Assembly: GCA_050257375.1 (NCBI GenBank)
Contig: JBLMWT010000060.1
Location: 1-58,124, forward strand
Reading direction: 5' to 3'
Source: Sphingomonadaceae bacterium
GTDB taxonomy: Bacteria > Pseudomonadota > Gammaproteobacteria > Burkholderiales > SG8-39
DNA length: 58,124 nucleotides
Part shown: one piece after another, positions 50,204 to 58,124 of the stretch
Numbering within the stretch: the stretch's first letter is position 1
Layout of the letters: every line of letters starts with the position of its first letter
The notes under the pieces: generated by a model
What the model was told of the DNA's origin: nothing
Databases searched by the model: none
The model's input: the letters and a program-made list of their open reading frames with translations, nothing else
Translations under genes and position numbers: made by a program

Positions 50204-50839
50204 TTAGAGCTTGACCGAGAGGTTGAGCGAGAAACGGCCGGTGAGCTCGGCGCTATCCAGCACGTGCCCCTCGATCGCCGCGAGCAGCTCGGGGCCTTTG
50301 AACGCGCCCGACACGGGGCAGTTCGGCACGTCGAGCGCGTACAGCGTGAAAACGTAATGGTGCACCAGCGGATCGTTCCAGGGCGGACAAGGACCGTCGT
50401 AGCCGAAGTAGTTGCCCGCCATGTCCTTGTCGTTCGCGAACCAGGAAGTGTAGTCATTGACGCCTTGGCGTGCGCCGCGCGCGGCCTGCGGACCGGGCTT
50501 GCCCCGCGGCGTGACGCCGTTCGAGAACTCGCCCTCGGCGATCGGCCCGTCGAAGGGTTTCAGGTCGACGAGCAGCCAGTGATGGAAATTCACGCGTGGC
50601 AGCGTTTTCGGAACCTGCCGATCCTCCTTGTTGACGTCGTCGGGCCGCGAGGGCACGTCGCGGTCGTGGCACACCAGCACGAGCGAACGCGTGCCGGGCG
50701 GCAGATCGCTCCATGCGAGCTGCGGATTTCGATTGTCGGACAGCCGGACATGTGTCTTTGCATCGGGTACCGCGAAGGCGCAGCGGCCCGGAATTTTCCC
50801 CATGTCGGAAAAGCTCTCGCTTGTCAGCTTCACGGTCAT
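50204..50839 (-). CDS. YbhB/YbcL-family PEBP (Raf-kinase-inhibitor-like) protein
   Basis: The start MTVKLTSESF at 50839 forms an ATGA overlap with the upstream stop. It has YDGPCPPWNDPLVHHYVFTLYALD. Confidence 0.8.
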   Translation of the reverse strand: MTVKLTSESFSDMGKIPGRCAFAVPDAKTHVRLSDNRNPQLAWSDLPPGTRSLVLVCHDRDVPSRPDDVNKEDRQVPKTLPRVNFHHWLLVDLKPFDGPIAEGEFSNGVTPRGKPGPQAARGARQGVNDYTSWFANDKDMAGNYFGYDGPCPPWNDPLVHHYVFTLYALDVPNCPVSGAFKGPELLAAIEGHVLDSAELTGRFSLNLSVKL

Positions 50840-51603
50840 TCTCCATTCATGATCCGGGCCATTATAAGGTCGCCACCTGCGCTCGGATTCATGCGCCCCA
50901 GCGCAGCAACGTAGCGGCGAAATGGAAGCGCATAGCGAGCCTCCAGCCCTTCGGCGCGCACGCGCAACGCGCGCCACGCCGCGCGCTCGGGATATCCCTT
51001 GAGCGCGATCGCGATCAGGTTGGGATCGGAGAGCGCCGGCATGCACAGCACCGCACCGCCGAAGGCCCGCTCGAGCCGCTGCAGGTAGCTGTCGAGCCGA
51101 GGGTCGTCGCTCATGTAATTGGCGACCAGCACGCCCTTCGCGGCGAGCGCGAGGTAGCACGCGTCGTAGAACTCGCTGGATGCGAGCCGCGGCACCTGCT
51201 CGCCGTCGTCGAAACCGTCCACCATCACCAAGTCGCAGCATTCCGGCTCGAGTGCCTCCGCCCCGTCGCCGATCTCCACCTGCAGGCGCGCATCGTCGGG
51301 CGGCAGTGCGAAATGCTGGCGGGCGGCCGTGAGCACGCGCCGGTCCCGCTCGATCACCTTCACTCGCGTCGCTCGGAGGAAACGATGGAAGTACTTTGGC
51401 AGCGAGCCACCCCCGAGGCCGATCATCAGCGCGCGCCGCGGCCGTGGGTGAAACAGCAGGAACGCCATCATGCAGCGCGTGTAATCGAGCGCGAGCGCGT
51501 ACGGGTCGTCCAGGCGCATCGCGCTCTGGATCGCTTCGCCGCCGATGTGCAGCTGGCGCAGGCCGCGTCGCTCGCTCACCGCCACCGCCGGGGAGCGCTT
51601 CAC
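50836..51603 (-). CDS. spermidine-synthase-like (class I SAM-fold) protein
   Basis: GTG at 51603 forms a GTGA overlap with the MFS stop. It has LMIGLGGGSLP, VKVIERD and LVMVDGFD. Confidence 0.7.
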   Translation of the reverse strand: MKRSPAVAVSERRGLRQLHIGGEAIQSAMRLDDPYALALDYTRCMMAFLLFHPRPRRALMIGLGGGSLPKYFHRFLRATRVKVIERDRRVLTAARQHFALPPDDARLQVEIGDGAEALEPECCDLVMVDGFDDGEQVPRLASSEFYDACYLALAAKGVLVANYMSDDPRLDSYLQRLERAFGGAVLCMPALSDPNLIAIALKGYPERAAWRALRVRAEGLEARYALPFRRYVAALGRMNPSAGGDLIMARIMNGE

Positions 51604-52793
51604 GGCGCAACCGCGCGCACGTGCCGCATCAGCACGAGCACCAATCCGGCGCCGGCAAAGGACAGCGCTGACGCCGCGAGGATCGGCGCGGCATAGCTGC
51701 CCCACGCGTCGTAGGCCGCACCGGCGAGCGGCGGACCGACGAGCGTACCGACGCCCGGTGCGGTGTACAGCAGGCCGATGATGCCCGATACCGCGCGCGG
51801 CCCGTACAGGTCCATGATGAGGGTCGGCGCCAGCGCGACGAAGCCACCGTAGAAGGCGCCGAACAGCAGCGCGAACGCCACTAGCAGCCAGTAGCTCGTG
51901 GTGAGCCACCAGACGATCAGCATCGCGCCGAGCCCCACGTACATCACCGCGAACGACGGCACTCGCCCGAGCCGGTCGGCGACGCCCCCGATGGTGAAGC
52001 GACCGAGCAGGCTGCCCAGGCCGATGAGGCTCACCAGCGCCACGCCCTGGGCCTCGCTGTAGCCCGCGTCCTGCGCGTAGCTTGCAAGGTGCACCATGGG
52101 CACGAACAGGCCGACGCACACCAGCATGCTCGAGAAGTACAGTAGCCAGAAGGCCTTCGTGCGCAGCGCCTGCCCGAGCGTGGCGCCCGGAAGCGTGGCG
52201 CGGTCGGTGCGCGTGGCCCCGCGCGCGCCGTGGCGCGCCGGATCGTCGTCGATCGCCAGCGCCGCTGCGCCGGCGAGCAACAGCACGACGGCCGCGAGCA
52301 CCTGGTAGGCCGTGCGCCAGCCGACCAGCCCGATCAGCCAGGTCGCCGCCAGCGGCACCAGGAAGTTGCCGGCGCCGATCCCGGCGACTGCCAGCCCCGA
52401 GGCGAAAGCGCGGTTTGCCAGGAACCACGGTTGCACGGCCCCCACGGACGGCACGTACGTCAATCCGATGCCGATGCCCAAGCCCACGCTGTAAGTGACG
52501 TACAGCAGGTCCACGGACCGCGCGACGCTCGCCAGGCCCAGCGCCGCCACCATGCAGGCCACGCCCGCCAGTGCGACCCGGCGCGGACCGAAGCGGTCGG
52601 CGAGCATGCCTCCCGGTGCGCCGAGCGTGAACCACAGAAACGCGCTCACCGAGAACACCAAAGACACGTCGGCGCGCGAGGCGTCGAACTCGGACTGGAA
52701 AGCCTTGAAGAAGGCGGCGAAGGAATACGCCGCGCCGAAACCCACGAACATCAGGGTGAACGCCGCCGCCACCACGACCCAGCCGTAGTACAT
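51600..52793 (-). CDS. MFS transporter (oxalate/formate-antiporter / monocarboxylate-like)
   Basis: The start MYYGWVVVAAAF at 52793 is in frame with the track ORF. It has 12 predicted hydrophobic segments and the GMLADRFGPRRV loop motif. Confidence 0.8.
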   Translation of the reverse strand: MYYGWVVVAAAFTLMFVGFGAAYSFAAFFKAFQSEFDASRADVSLVFSVSAFLWFTLGAPGGMLADRFGPRRVALAGVACMVAALGLASVARSVDLLYVTYSVGLGIGIGLTYVPSVGAVQPWFLANRAFASGLAVAGIGAGNFLVPLAATWLIGLVGWRTAYQVLAAVVLLLAGAAALAIDDDPARHGARGATRTDRATLPGATLGQALRTKAFWLLYFSSMLVCVGLFVPMVHLASYAQDAGYSEAQGVALVSLIGLGSLLGRFTIGGVADRLGRVPSFAVMYVGLGAMLIVWWLTTSYWLLVAFALLFGAFYGGFVALAPTLIMDLYGPRAVSGIIGLLYTAPGVGTLVGPPLAGAAYDAWGSYAAPILAASALSFAGAGLVLVLMRHVRAVAP

Positions 52794-52813
52794 GCGCCGC
52801 CGCACGCCGCGCC

Positions 52814-53926
52814 TCAATAGATCGCGCCGCGCGCCGCGATCGGCCACAACGCCTCGACCGCGCCGCCGCGCACGCACACGTACCAGTCGTGCAGATTCAC
52901 CGTGGGATCACAGTGCCCTGGTACGAGCATGAGCTTTTCTCCGAGCGCCGGCGCCTGCGCCCCGGGCGCGATCTCGATGACGCCGTGCTCGTCGGAGGCG
53001 CGCACGTAGCGCAGCCCCGGCCGCTGCCACACGACCGGCAGACCGGAGTCGACGCTCGAGGCTTTGAGGCCCGCATCCAGCACGGCGCGCTCCGCGGTCG
53101 GCCGGCTCATCACCGTGGACAGCACGAACAGCGCGTGCTCGAAGCGAGGCAGCGGCGCGGCCCACTCGTTTCTCGCGTAGTCCGCGTCCATGAAGACGTA
53201 GGAGCCCGGCTGGATCTCGTCGAAAGCATGCGATTCGATTTCGAACGCGAACGTGCCGCTGCCCCCGCCGGTGACGATCGGGCAGGCGATGCCCGAGGAC
53301 TCGATGAGCGCGCGCGTATCGCGCGCGGCGCGCGCGGCGGCCTCGATTGCGGCGCGCCGCTCGGCCGTCGGGCGCATGTGCTGGGCGGCGCCATGGTAGG
53401 CCTGCAGGCCGGCGAAGCGCAGCGCCGGTTGCGCGGCAACCTCGCGTGCGAGCGCGAGCGCCGCCTCGCCCGGCGCGACGCCGCAGCGCCGCGCGCCGAT
53501 GTCGATTTCCACGTACGCGTCGAGCCGGGCACCTGCCGCCGCCGCGGCGGCGGCGAGGTCGCGCACGTTGCCCGCGTCGTCGATGCACACACCGATGCGC
53601 GCGCGCGTGGCGAGCGCGGCCAGGCGCCCGAGCTTCGCGGCGCCGACCACTTCGTTCGATACGAGCACGTCGGAAATGCCGCCGTCGACCATCGCTTCGG
53701 CCTCGGATACCTTCTGGCAGCACACGCCGACCGCACCCGCGGCGATCTGCCGCTTAGCGATCTCTGGACACTTGTGCGTCTTGGCGTGAGCGCGCACGCG
53801 GACGTTCTTGCCTTGGACGCATTCAAGCAGCGTCTTCTGATTCCGCTCGAAAGCGTCCAAATCGATAACCAGCGCCGGGGTATCGACCTGCGCAAGGTCC
53901 TGGCCCGGGCTCGCCGGCGGCAGCAT
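52814..53926 (-). CDS. DSD1-family PLP enzyme (D-serine dehydratase / D-threonine or D-3-hydroxyaspartate aldolase-like)
   Basis: The start MLPPASPG at 53926 is in frame with the track ORF. It has TPALVIDLDAFERN, the PLP lysine in RAHAKTHKCPEIA, and a C-terminal LVPGHCDPTVN. Confidence 0.83.
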   Translation of the reverse strand: MLPPASPGQDLAQVDTPALVIDLDAFERNQKTLLECVQGKNVRVRAHAKTHKCPEIAKRQIAAGAVGVCCQKVSEAEAMVDGGISDVLVSNEVVGAAKLGRLAALATRARIGVCIDDAGNVRDLAAAAAAAGARLDAYVEIDIGARRCGVAPGEAALALAREVAAQPALRFAGLQAYHGAAQHMRPTAERRAAIEAAARAARDTRALIESSGIACPIVTGGGSGTFAFEIESHAFDEIQPGSYVFMDADYARNEWAAPLPRFEHALFVLSTVMSRPTAERAVLDAGLKASSVDSGLPVVWQRPGLRYVRASDEHGVIEIAPGAQAPALGEKLMLVPGHCDPTVNLHDWYVCVRGGAVEALWPIAARGAIY

Positions 53927-53928
53927 GG

Positions 53929-55113
53929 TCACGCCGCAGCCGGCCGGCTCGCGCGCTGCTGCAGCGCAAGCCACACGATCGCCGCCATCACGATGACGAT
54001 GAGCGGCAGCGCCGCGTAGTTGATCCGGCTCCAGCCGCCGTTGGTGACGATCAGCCCGGAGGAAAACGAAGACACGGCCATCATGATGAAGATTGCGGAG
54101 TCGTTCGCGCCTTGCGCCTTGGCGCGCTCCTCGGGTCGGTAGGTCTCCGTCAGCAGGGTGGTCGCGCCGATGAAGAGGAAATTCCAGCCTACGCCGAGGA
54201 GGACGAGCGCGAGCCAGAACTCGGTCAGCGCGATGCCCGACAGCGCGATGCCGACCGACGCGGCGTTCAGCACTGCGCCCCCGAACATGACGCGCAGTGC
54301 GCCGAAGCGCCGAATCAGCCCGCCGGTGATGAACGAGGGCAGGTACATGCCGACCACGTGCGAGGAAATCACGAAAGTGGCGGCTTTGTAGGGGTGGCCG
54401 CAGATCTCCATCGCGATCGGCGTCGAAGTCATGAGGAAGTTCATGACCCCGTAGCTGATCGCCGCGCAGGCCACCGCGACGATGAATTTGGGCTGCGCCG
54501 CGAGCTTGGACATCGGCCGGCCGGTCGCTGCCTGCACGGCCGCCCCGGCGTGCGGAATGCGGATGAAGTTGAGCACCGTCATGGTCGCTAGCGATACCAG
54601 GATGAGAGCAAGGTAGGCGCCAAGGAACTTCTCGGGCAGCAAATCGACCGTGATGCGGCTGGTCGTTGGCCCGAGGATCCCGCCGACCAGGCCTCCGGCG
54701 AGCACGAGCGAAATCGCCGTGGGTCGATATTGGGCGCTTGCGACGTCCGCCGCGGCGAAGCGATAGTACTGGCCATAAGCGTTGTACACGCCGAACACCA
54801 GCGTCGCGAAACACAGCAGCCAGAAGCTGTGCACCCGGATCGCGCCTGCGCACAGCAGGGCGCCGGCGACGCCCCACAGCGTGCCCAGCATCAGGCCGCG
54901 GCGCCGCCCGACACGCTTCATGTGCAGGGAGGCAAGCATCGTCGCGGACGCGCCGCCGAGCACCCAGAATGTCACTGGCAGCGTGGCGAGGCTGCGATTC
55001 GCCGCCAGCGAGAGCCCTGCCAGGCCGTTGATCGCTATCAGCGTCGAATTGTTGGTCATCAGCAGCGCCTGGCAGGCAGTGAGCAGGGCGACATTGCGCC
55101 GTTCACTGATCAT
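53929..55113 (-). CDS. MFS transporter
   Basis: The start MISERRNVALL at 55113 is in frame with the track ORF. It has 12 hydrophobic segments and the HMKRVGRRRG loop. Confidence 0.8.
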   Translation of the reverse strand: MISERRNVALLTACQALLMTNNSTLIAINGLAGLSLAANRSLATLPVTFWVLGGASATMLASLHMKRVGRRRGLMLGTLWGVAGALLCAGAIRVHSFWLLCFATLVFGVYNAYGQYYRFAAADVASAQYRPTAISLVLAGGLVGGILGPTTSRITVDLLPEKFLGAYLALILVSLATMTVLNFIRIPHAGAAVQAATGRPMSKLAAQPKFIVAVACAAISYGVMNFLMTSTPIAMEICGHPYKAATFVISSHVVGMYLPSFITGGLIRRFGALRVMFGGAVLNAASVGIALSGIALTEFWLALVLLGVGWNFLFIGATTLLTETYRPEERAKAQGANDSAIFIMMAVSSFSSGLIVTNGGWSRINYAALPLIVIVMAAIVWLALQQRASRPAAA

Positions 55114-55165
55114 ATATACAGTATCGGCAACGAAGAGCGAAGACTCGATTCTACCGGTGAGCGCA

Positions 55166-56299
55166 ATGCCGGACGACGCAAAGAACGAAACACGCTCGAT
55201 CGCGAGCTGTGCATCGCACGTGCTGCTCGAGCACAAGTCGCGCGGCGCGCTGTCGCGCCCGCAGGGGCGTTTCGAGCGCGAGCAGCGTACGCCCTTCGAC
55301 GACGGCTGGACGCGCGACGACGAGCCGCCCGCGACACTCCGGACGAGCGTGACCGAAGAACGAGCGCGCTCGATCATCCAGACGAACGATTCGCCCGACC
55401 TGCCCTTCGACCAGTCGATCAATCCGTACCGCGGCTGCGAGCACGGCTGCGTGTACTGCTACGCGCGGCCGAGCCACGCCTATCTCGAGCTCTCGCCGGG
55501 GCTCGACTTCGAAAGCCGGCTGTTCGCGAAGGTGAACGCGGTCGAAAGGCTTCGTGCCGAGCTCGCGCGTCCGGGCTACGTGCCCAAGCCCATCTCCCTC
55601 GGCGCCAATACCGACTGCTACCAACCGATCGAGCGCCGCTACCGCATCACGCGCGACCTGATCGAGCTGCTCTCGCAATGCAGGCATCCGCTCACCATCG
55701 TCACCAAGTCGGCGCTCGTCGAGCGCGACCTGGATCTTCTGGGACCGATGGGCCAGGCGGGTCTCGCCAAGGTGTTCGTCTCGCTCGGCACGCTCGACCG
55801 CGAACTCGCGCGCCGGCTCGAGCCGCGCGCGGCGAGCCCACAGCGCCGGCTCGACACGATCCGCGCGCTCGCCGCGGCAGGCGTGCCGGTCGGAGTGATG
55901 GTCGCGCCGGTCGTGCCTGCGCTCTCGGACAAGTCGCTCGAGGAATCGATGGGCGCCGCGGCGGCGGCCGGCGCCAGCATGGCCGGCTACCAGCTGCTCA
56001 GGCTGCCGAACGAATTGAAGTCCCTTTTCCGAGAGTGGCTCGCCACCCACTACCCCCTGCGCGCGGAGCACGTCATGAGCGTGCTCCAGCAACTGCGCAG
56101 CGGGCGCGACAACGATCCACGCTTCGGCACGCGCATGACTGGAACGGGCAATTACGCCGAGCTGCTCGCAAAGCGCTTCGAGATCGCGTGCCGGCGCCTC
56201 GGGCTGAACGGCGAGGAGCGCGGCGGCGTCGCGCGCCGCGCGCTCGACCGCTCGCAATTCGTGCCGCCCTCTCCCGGGGGTCAGATGCGGCTGCTTTAG
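55166..56299 (+). CDS. radical SAM protein, PA0069/SplB-like (COG1533) family
   Basis: The ATG at 55166 is in frame with the track ORF. It has the CEHGCVYC (CX3CX2C) cluster motif. Confidence 0.83.
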   Translation: MPDDAKNETRSIASCASHVLLEHKSRGALSRPQGRFEREQRTPFDDGWTRDDEPPATLRTSVTEERARSIIQTNDSPDLPFDQSINPYRGCEHGCVYCYARPSHAYLELSPGLDFESRLFAKVNAVERLRAELARPGYVPKPISLGANTDCYQPIERRYRITRDLIELLSQCRHPLTIVTKSALVERDLDLLGPMGQAGLAKVFVSLGTLDRELARRLEPRAASPQRRLDTIRALAAAGVPVGVMVAPVVPALSDKSLEESMGAAAAAGASMAGYQLLRLPNELKSLFREWLATHYPLRAEHVMSVLQQLRSGRDNDPRFGTRMTGTGNYAELLAKRFEIACRRLGLNGEERGGVARRALDRSQFVPPSPGGQMRLL

Positions 56300-56301
56300 T
56301 G

Positions 56302-56676
56302 ATGTTGCGCAGGCTCTGGATCGGGGTCGGCTGGGCGCTGGTGGCGGGCGTCATATACGGCTCGCTGATGCACTCTCCCCCGTCGCTCGGCTTCCAGCAG
56401 GGAGACAAGCTCGAGCACCTGGGCAGCTATGGCCTTCTGATGTTCTGGTTCTGCCAGCTGTACGTGGAGCCGCGCGTCCGCCTTGGCTACGCGCTCGGCT
56501 TCGTGGCCCTCGGGGTGGCGCTCGAGTTCGTGCAGGGCTGGACCGGCTACCGCGACTTCGAGGTCGCCGACATGTTCGCCGACGCGGCAGGCGTAGCGCT
56601 GGGCTGGGGCGCGGCGCTCATCTTCCCTAAAGCGCTGCCAGGAGCGGAAACAGGAACGCGCTCGACAGCCCGTTGA
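56302..56676 (+). CDS. VanZ-family membrane protein
   Basis: 124 aa with four TM segments. It has the motif GDKLEHLGSYGLL. Confidence 0.65.
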   Translation: MLRRLWIGVGWALVAGVIYGSLMHSPPSLGFQQGDKLEHLGSYGLLMFWFCQLYVEPRVRLGYALGFVALGVALEFVQGWTGYRDFEVADMFADAAGVALGWGAALIFPKALPGAETGTRSTAR

Positions 56677-56738
56677 GGCCCATCGCCTGGCCGGTGAAAC
56701 GCGCGCCCGGGCGTTCGGCGCCCTGCTACGCTGGCGCG

Positions 56739-58097
56739 ATGAGCGTTGTCGCCACCGACCGGCGCACTGAGCGCCTGCTTAGCGCGCCGATCCTGCCTGC
56801 CCTGCTGCGCCTGTCGGCGCCGGGCGTGCTGCTCGTGGTGTTCCAGACGATGATCTCGATCGGCGACACGTATTTCGTCAGCCGGCTCGGCACCGATCCG
56901 CTCGCGGGGCTGGCGCTCGTGTTCCCGTTGATCATGCTGCTGCAGATGACTTCGGCCGGCGCGATGGGCGGCGGTGTTGCGTCGGCGATTGCGCGCGCGC
57001 TCGGGGCGGGCGATCTCTCCGCCGCGCGCCGGCTGCTGGTGCACGCGATCGCGATCGCGCTGGCGCTCGGACTCGCCTTCACGTTGCTCTTGAGCACCCT
57101 CGGACGGCCGGTCTATGCGCTGCTCGGCGGCCGTGGCGCGACTGTCGAACATGCGCTCGCCTATTCCAACGTAGTGTTCGGCGGCGCGATCATGGTCTGG
57201 CTCGCCAATACGCTGGCGAGCGTGCTGCGCGGCACCGGCAACATGCTGGTCCCCGCTCTCACTCTCAGCGCTGCGGCCTGCATCCACGTGCCGCTTTCGG
57301 CGTCGCTGGTGCTCGGCCTCGGACCGATGCCGCGCCTGGGCATCGCCGGGGCGGGCGTGGCCTACGTGACCACCTTCAGCCTCTCGTGCCTGGCGATGAG
57401 CGCAGTCGTTTTCAGGCCGGCGAGCCTGCTGCGGCCGGGAATCGGAGACTTCCGCTTCGAGCGCCGTCATTTCCGCGACATCCTGCGCGTGGGCGGGATC
57501 TCGGTGATCTCGTCGGCGCAGACCGTGCTCACCGCCGTGGTGCTCACCGGCTTCGTCGGGCGCTTCGGCGCGCCGGCGCTCGCCGGATACGGCGTGGGAC
57601 TACGCGTCGACCTGCTGCAGATGCCGCTGGTATTCGCGGTCGGCCAGGCGATGGTGGCGCTGGTCGGCGCGCACGTTGGCGCCGGCCGCGCGCGGCGGGC
57701 GAAGAGGATCGCCTTCACCGGCGCCGCACTTGCGTGCGTGCTCAGCCTCGCGATCGGCATCGCGGTGACCGTCTATCCCCAGGGCTGGGTCGGCCTGTTC
57801 AGTGCCGATGCCGGCGTGCTGGATGCGGGCACGCGCTATCTGCGCACGGTGGGGTTGTGTTATCCGTTCCTCGCGATCGGCCTCGCGCTGTACTTCGCCT
57901 CGCAGGGAGCGGGCGAAGTGCTGCTGCCGGTGCTTGCGGGGACGGTGCGCCTGGCGATCGTGATCGGCGGCGGCGCCGCGGTATTCGCGTTCGGCGCCGG
58001 GCTCGCGTCGATGTTCGGCGTGGTTGCGGTCGGCATGGTCGCCTTCGGCACGCTGACCGGCCTCGCAGTGAGCCGCGCGGTGTGGGGCGTGCGCTAG
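56739..58097 (+). CDS. MATE-family efflux transporter
   Basis: 452 aa with 12 TM segments. It has the N-terminus LLRLSAPGVLLVVFQTMISIGDTYFVSRLG. Confidence 0.85.
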   Translation: MSVVATDRRTERLLSAPILPALLRLSAPGVLLVVFQTMISIGDTYFVSRLGTDPLAGLALVFPLIMLLQMTSAGAMGGGVASAIARALGAGDLSAARRLLVHAIAIALALGLAFTLLLSTLGRPVYALLGGRGATVEHALAYSNVVFGGAIMVWLANTLASVLRGTGNMLVPALTLSAAACIHVPLSASLVLGLGPMPRLGIAGAGVAYVTTFSLSCLAMSAVVFRPASLLRPGIGDFRFERRHFRDILRVGGISVISSAQTVLTAVVLTGFVGRFGAPALAGYGVGLRVDLLQMPLVFAVGQAMVALVGAHVGAGRARRAKRIAFTGAALACVLSLAIGIAVTVYPQGWVGLFSADAGVLDAGTRYLRTVGLCYPFLAIGLALYFASQGAGEVLLPVLAGTVRLAIVIGGGAAVFAFGAGLASMFGVVAVGMVAFGTLTGLAVSRAVWGVR

Positions 58098-58124
58098 CCC
58101 AGGAACTCGACGAGGGCGTCGAGC

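Noticed and set aside
58098-58124. A possible 3' end of a convergent minus-strand gene (...LDALVEFLG-TAG, with its stop sharing CTAG with the MATE stop).
   Set aside because: Only 9 codons are visible before the window edge. That is too little to support a feature, so it is mentioned only as context for the convergent-overlap finding.
1-58124. A search by eye for rRNA or tRNA genes, CRISPR repeat-spacer arrays, IS elements, transposases, integrases, phage genes and additional TTGAT-N4-ATCAA boxes.
   Set aside because: None were recognised. Intergenic space is minimal and all spacers were read. Other TTGAT occurrences lack the ATCAA half-site. A computational scan (tRNAscan, Infernal, PWM search) would be needed to make this negative result firm.

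Overview
This is a 58.1-kb, very GC-rich (about 70% by eye, not computed), gene-dense chromosomal segment. I call about 58 CDS. The proteins look like those of a free-living Beta- or Gammaproteobacterium (E. coli-type FadE, LutAB, MnmC, a DhlA-type dehalogenase).

I found no rRNA, tRNA, CRISPR array, transposase, integrase or prophage signature. Many of the long ORFs in the track are antisense shadow ORFs or N-terminal over-extensions typical of high-GC DNA. Real starts were chosen from protein-family N-termini and from 4-nt stop/start overlaps (ATGA, GTGA, TTGA).

Most of the content is ordinary metabolism:
- a TetR-controlled beta-oxidation operon (fadE, thiolase, FadB-like, thioesterase, two alpha/beta hydrolases)
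- lutAB with an IclR regulator
- ald, dtd, gor and cfa
- an ACAD10/11-like kinase plus dehydrogenase pair
- a haloalkane dehalogenase
- several transporters

Three regions are the best candidates for something undescribed:
1. **Bases 1786-14362.** A perfect FNR-type box (TTGAT-GAAA-ATCAA) lies between two divergent operons. One is a hypoxia/dormancy-like module (Lon-like protease, USP-like protein, Hrp1-like CBS protein). The other is a tightly coupled 7-gene operon: DLH hydrolase, Prs paralog, an ACP/adenylase/acyltransferase tri-domain protein, a TPP enzyme, a BASS transporter, an epimerase-fold protein and an SDR. I cannot match this gene set to any named pathway.
2. **Bases 49454-55113.** A 6-gene coupled operon: MFS, DSD1-type PLP enzyme, MFS, spermidine-synthase-like protein, PEBP and TauE.
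3. **Bases 35731-37765.** A small islet with lower GC3 than its neighbours. It holds an HD-domain protein, two orphan ORFs and a 12-bp AT-rich palindrome.

All functional calls rest on motif and family recognition by eye. No database search was run.
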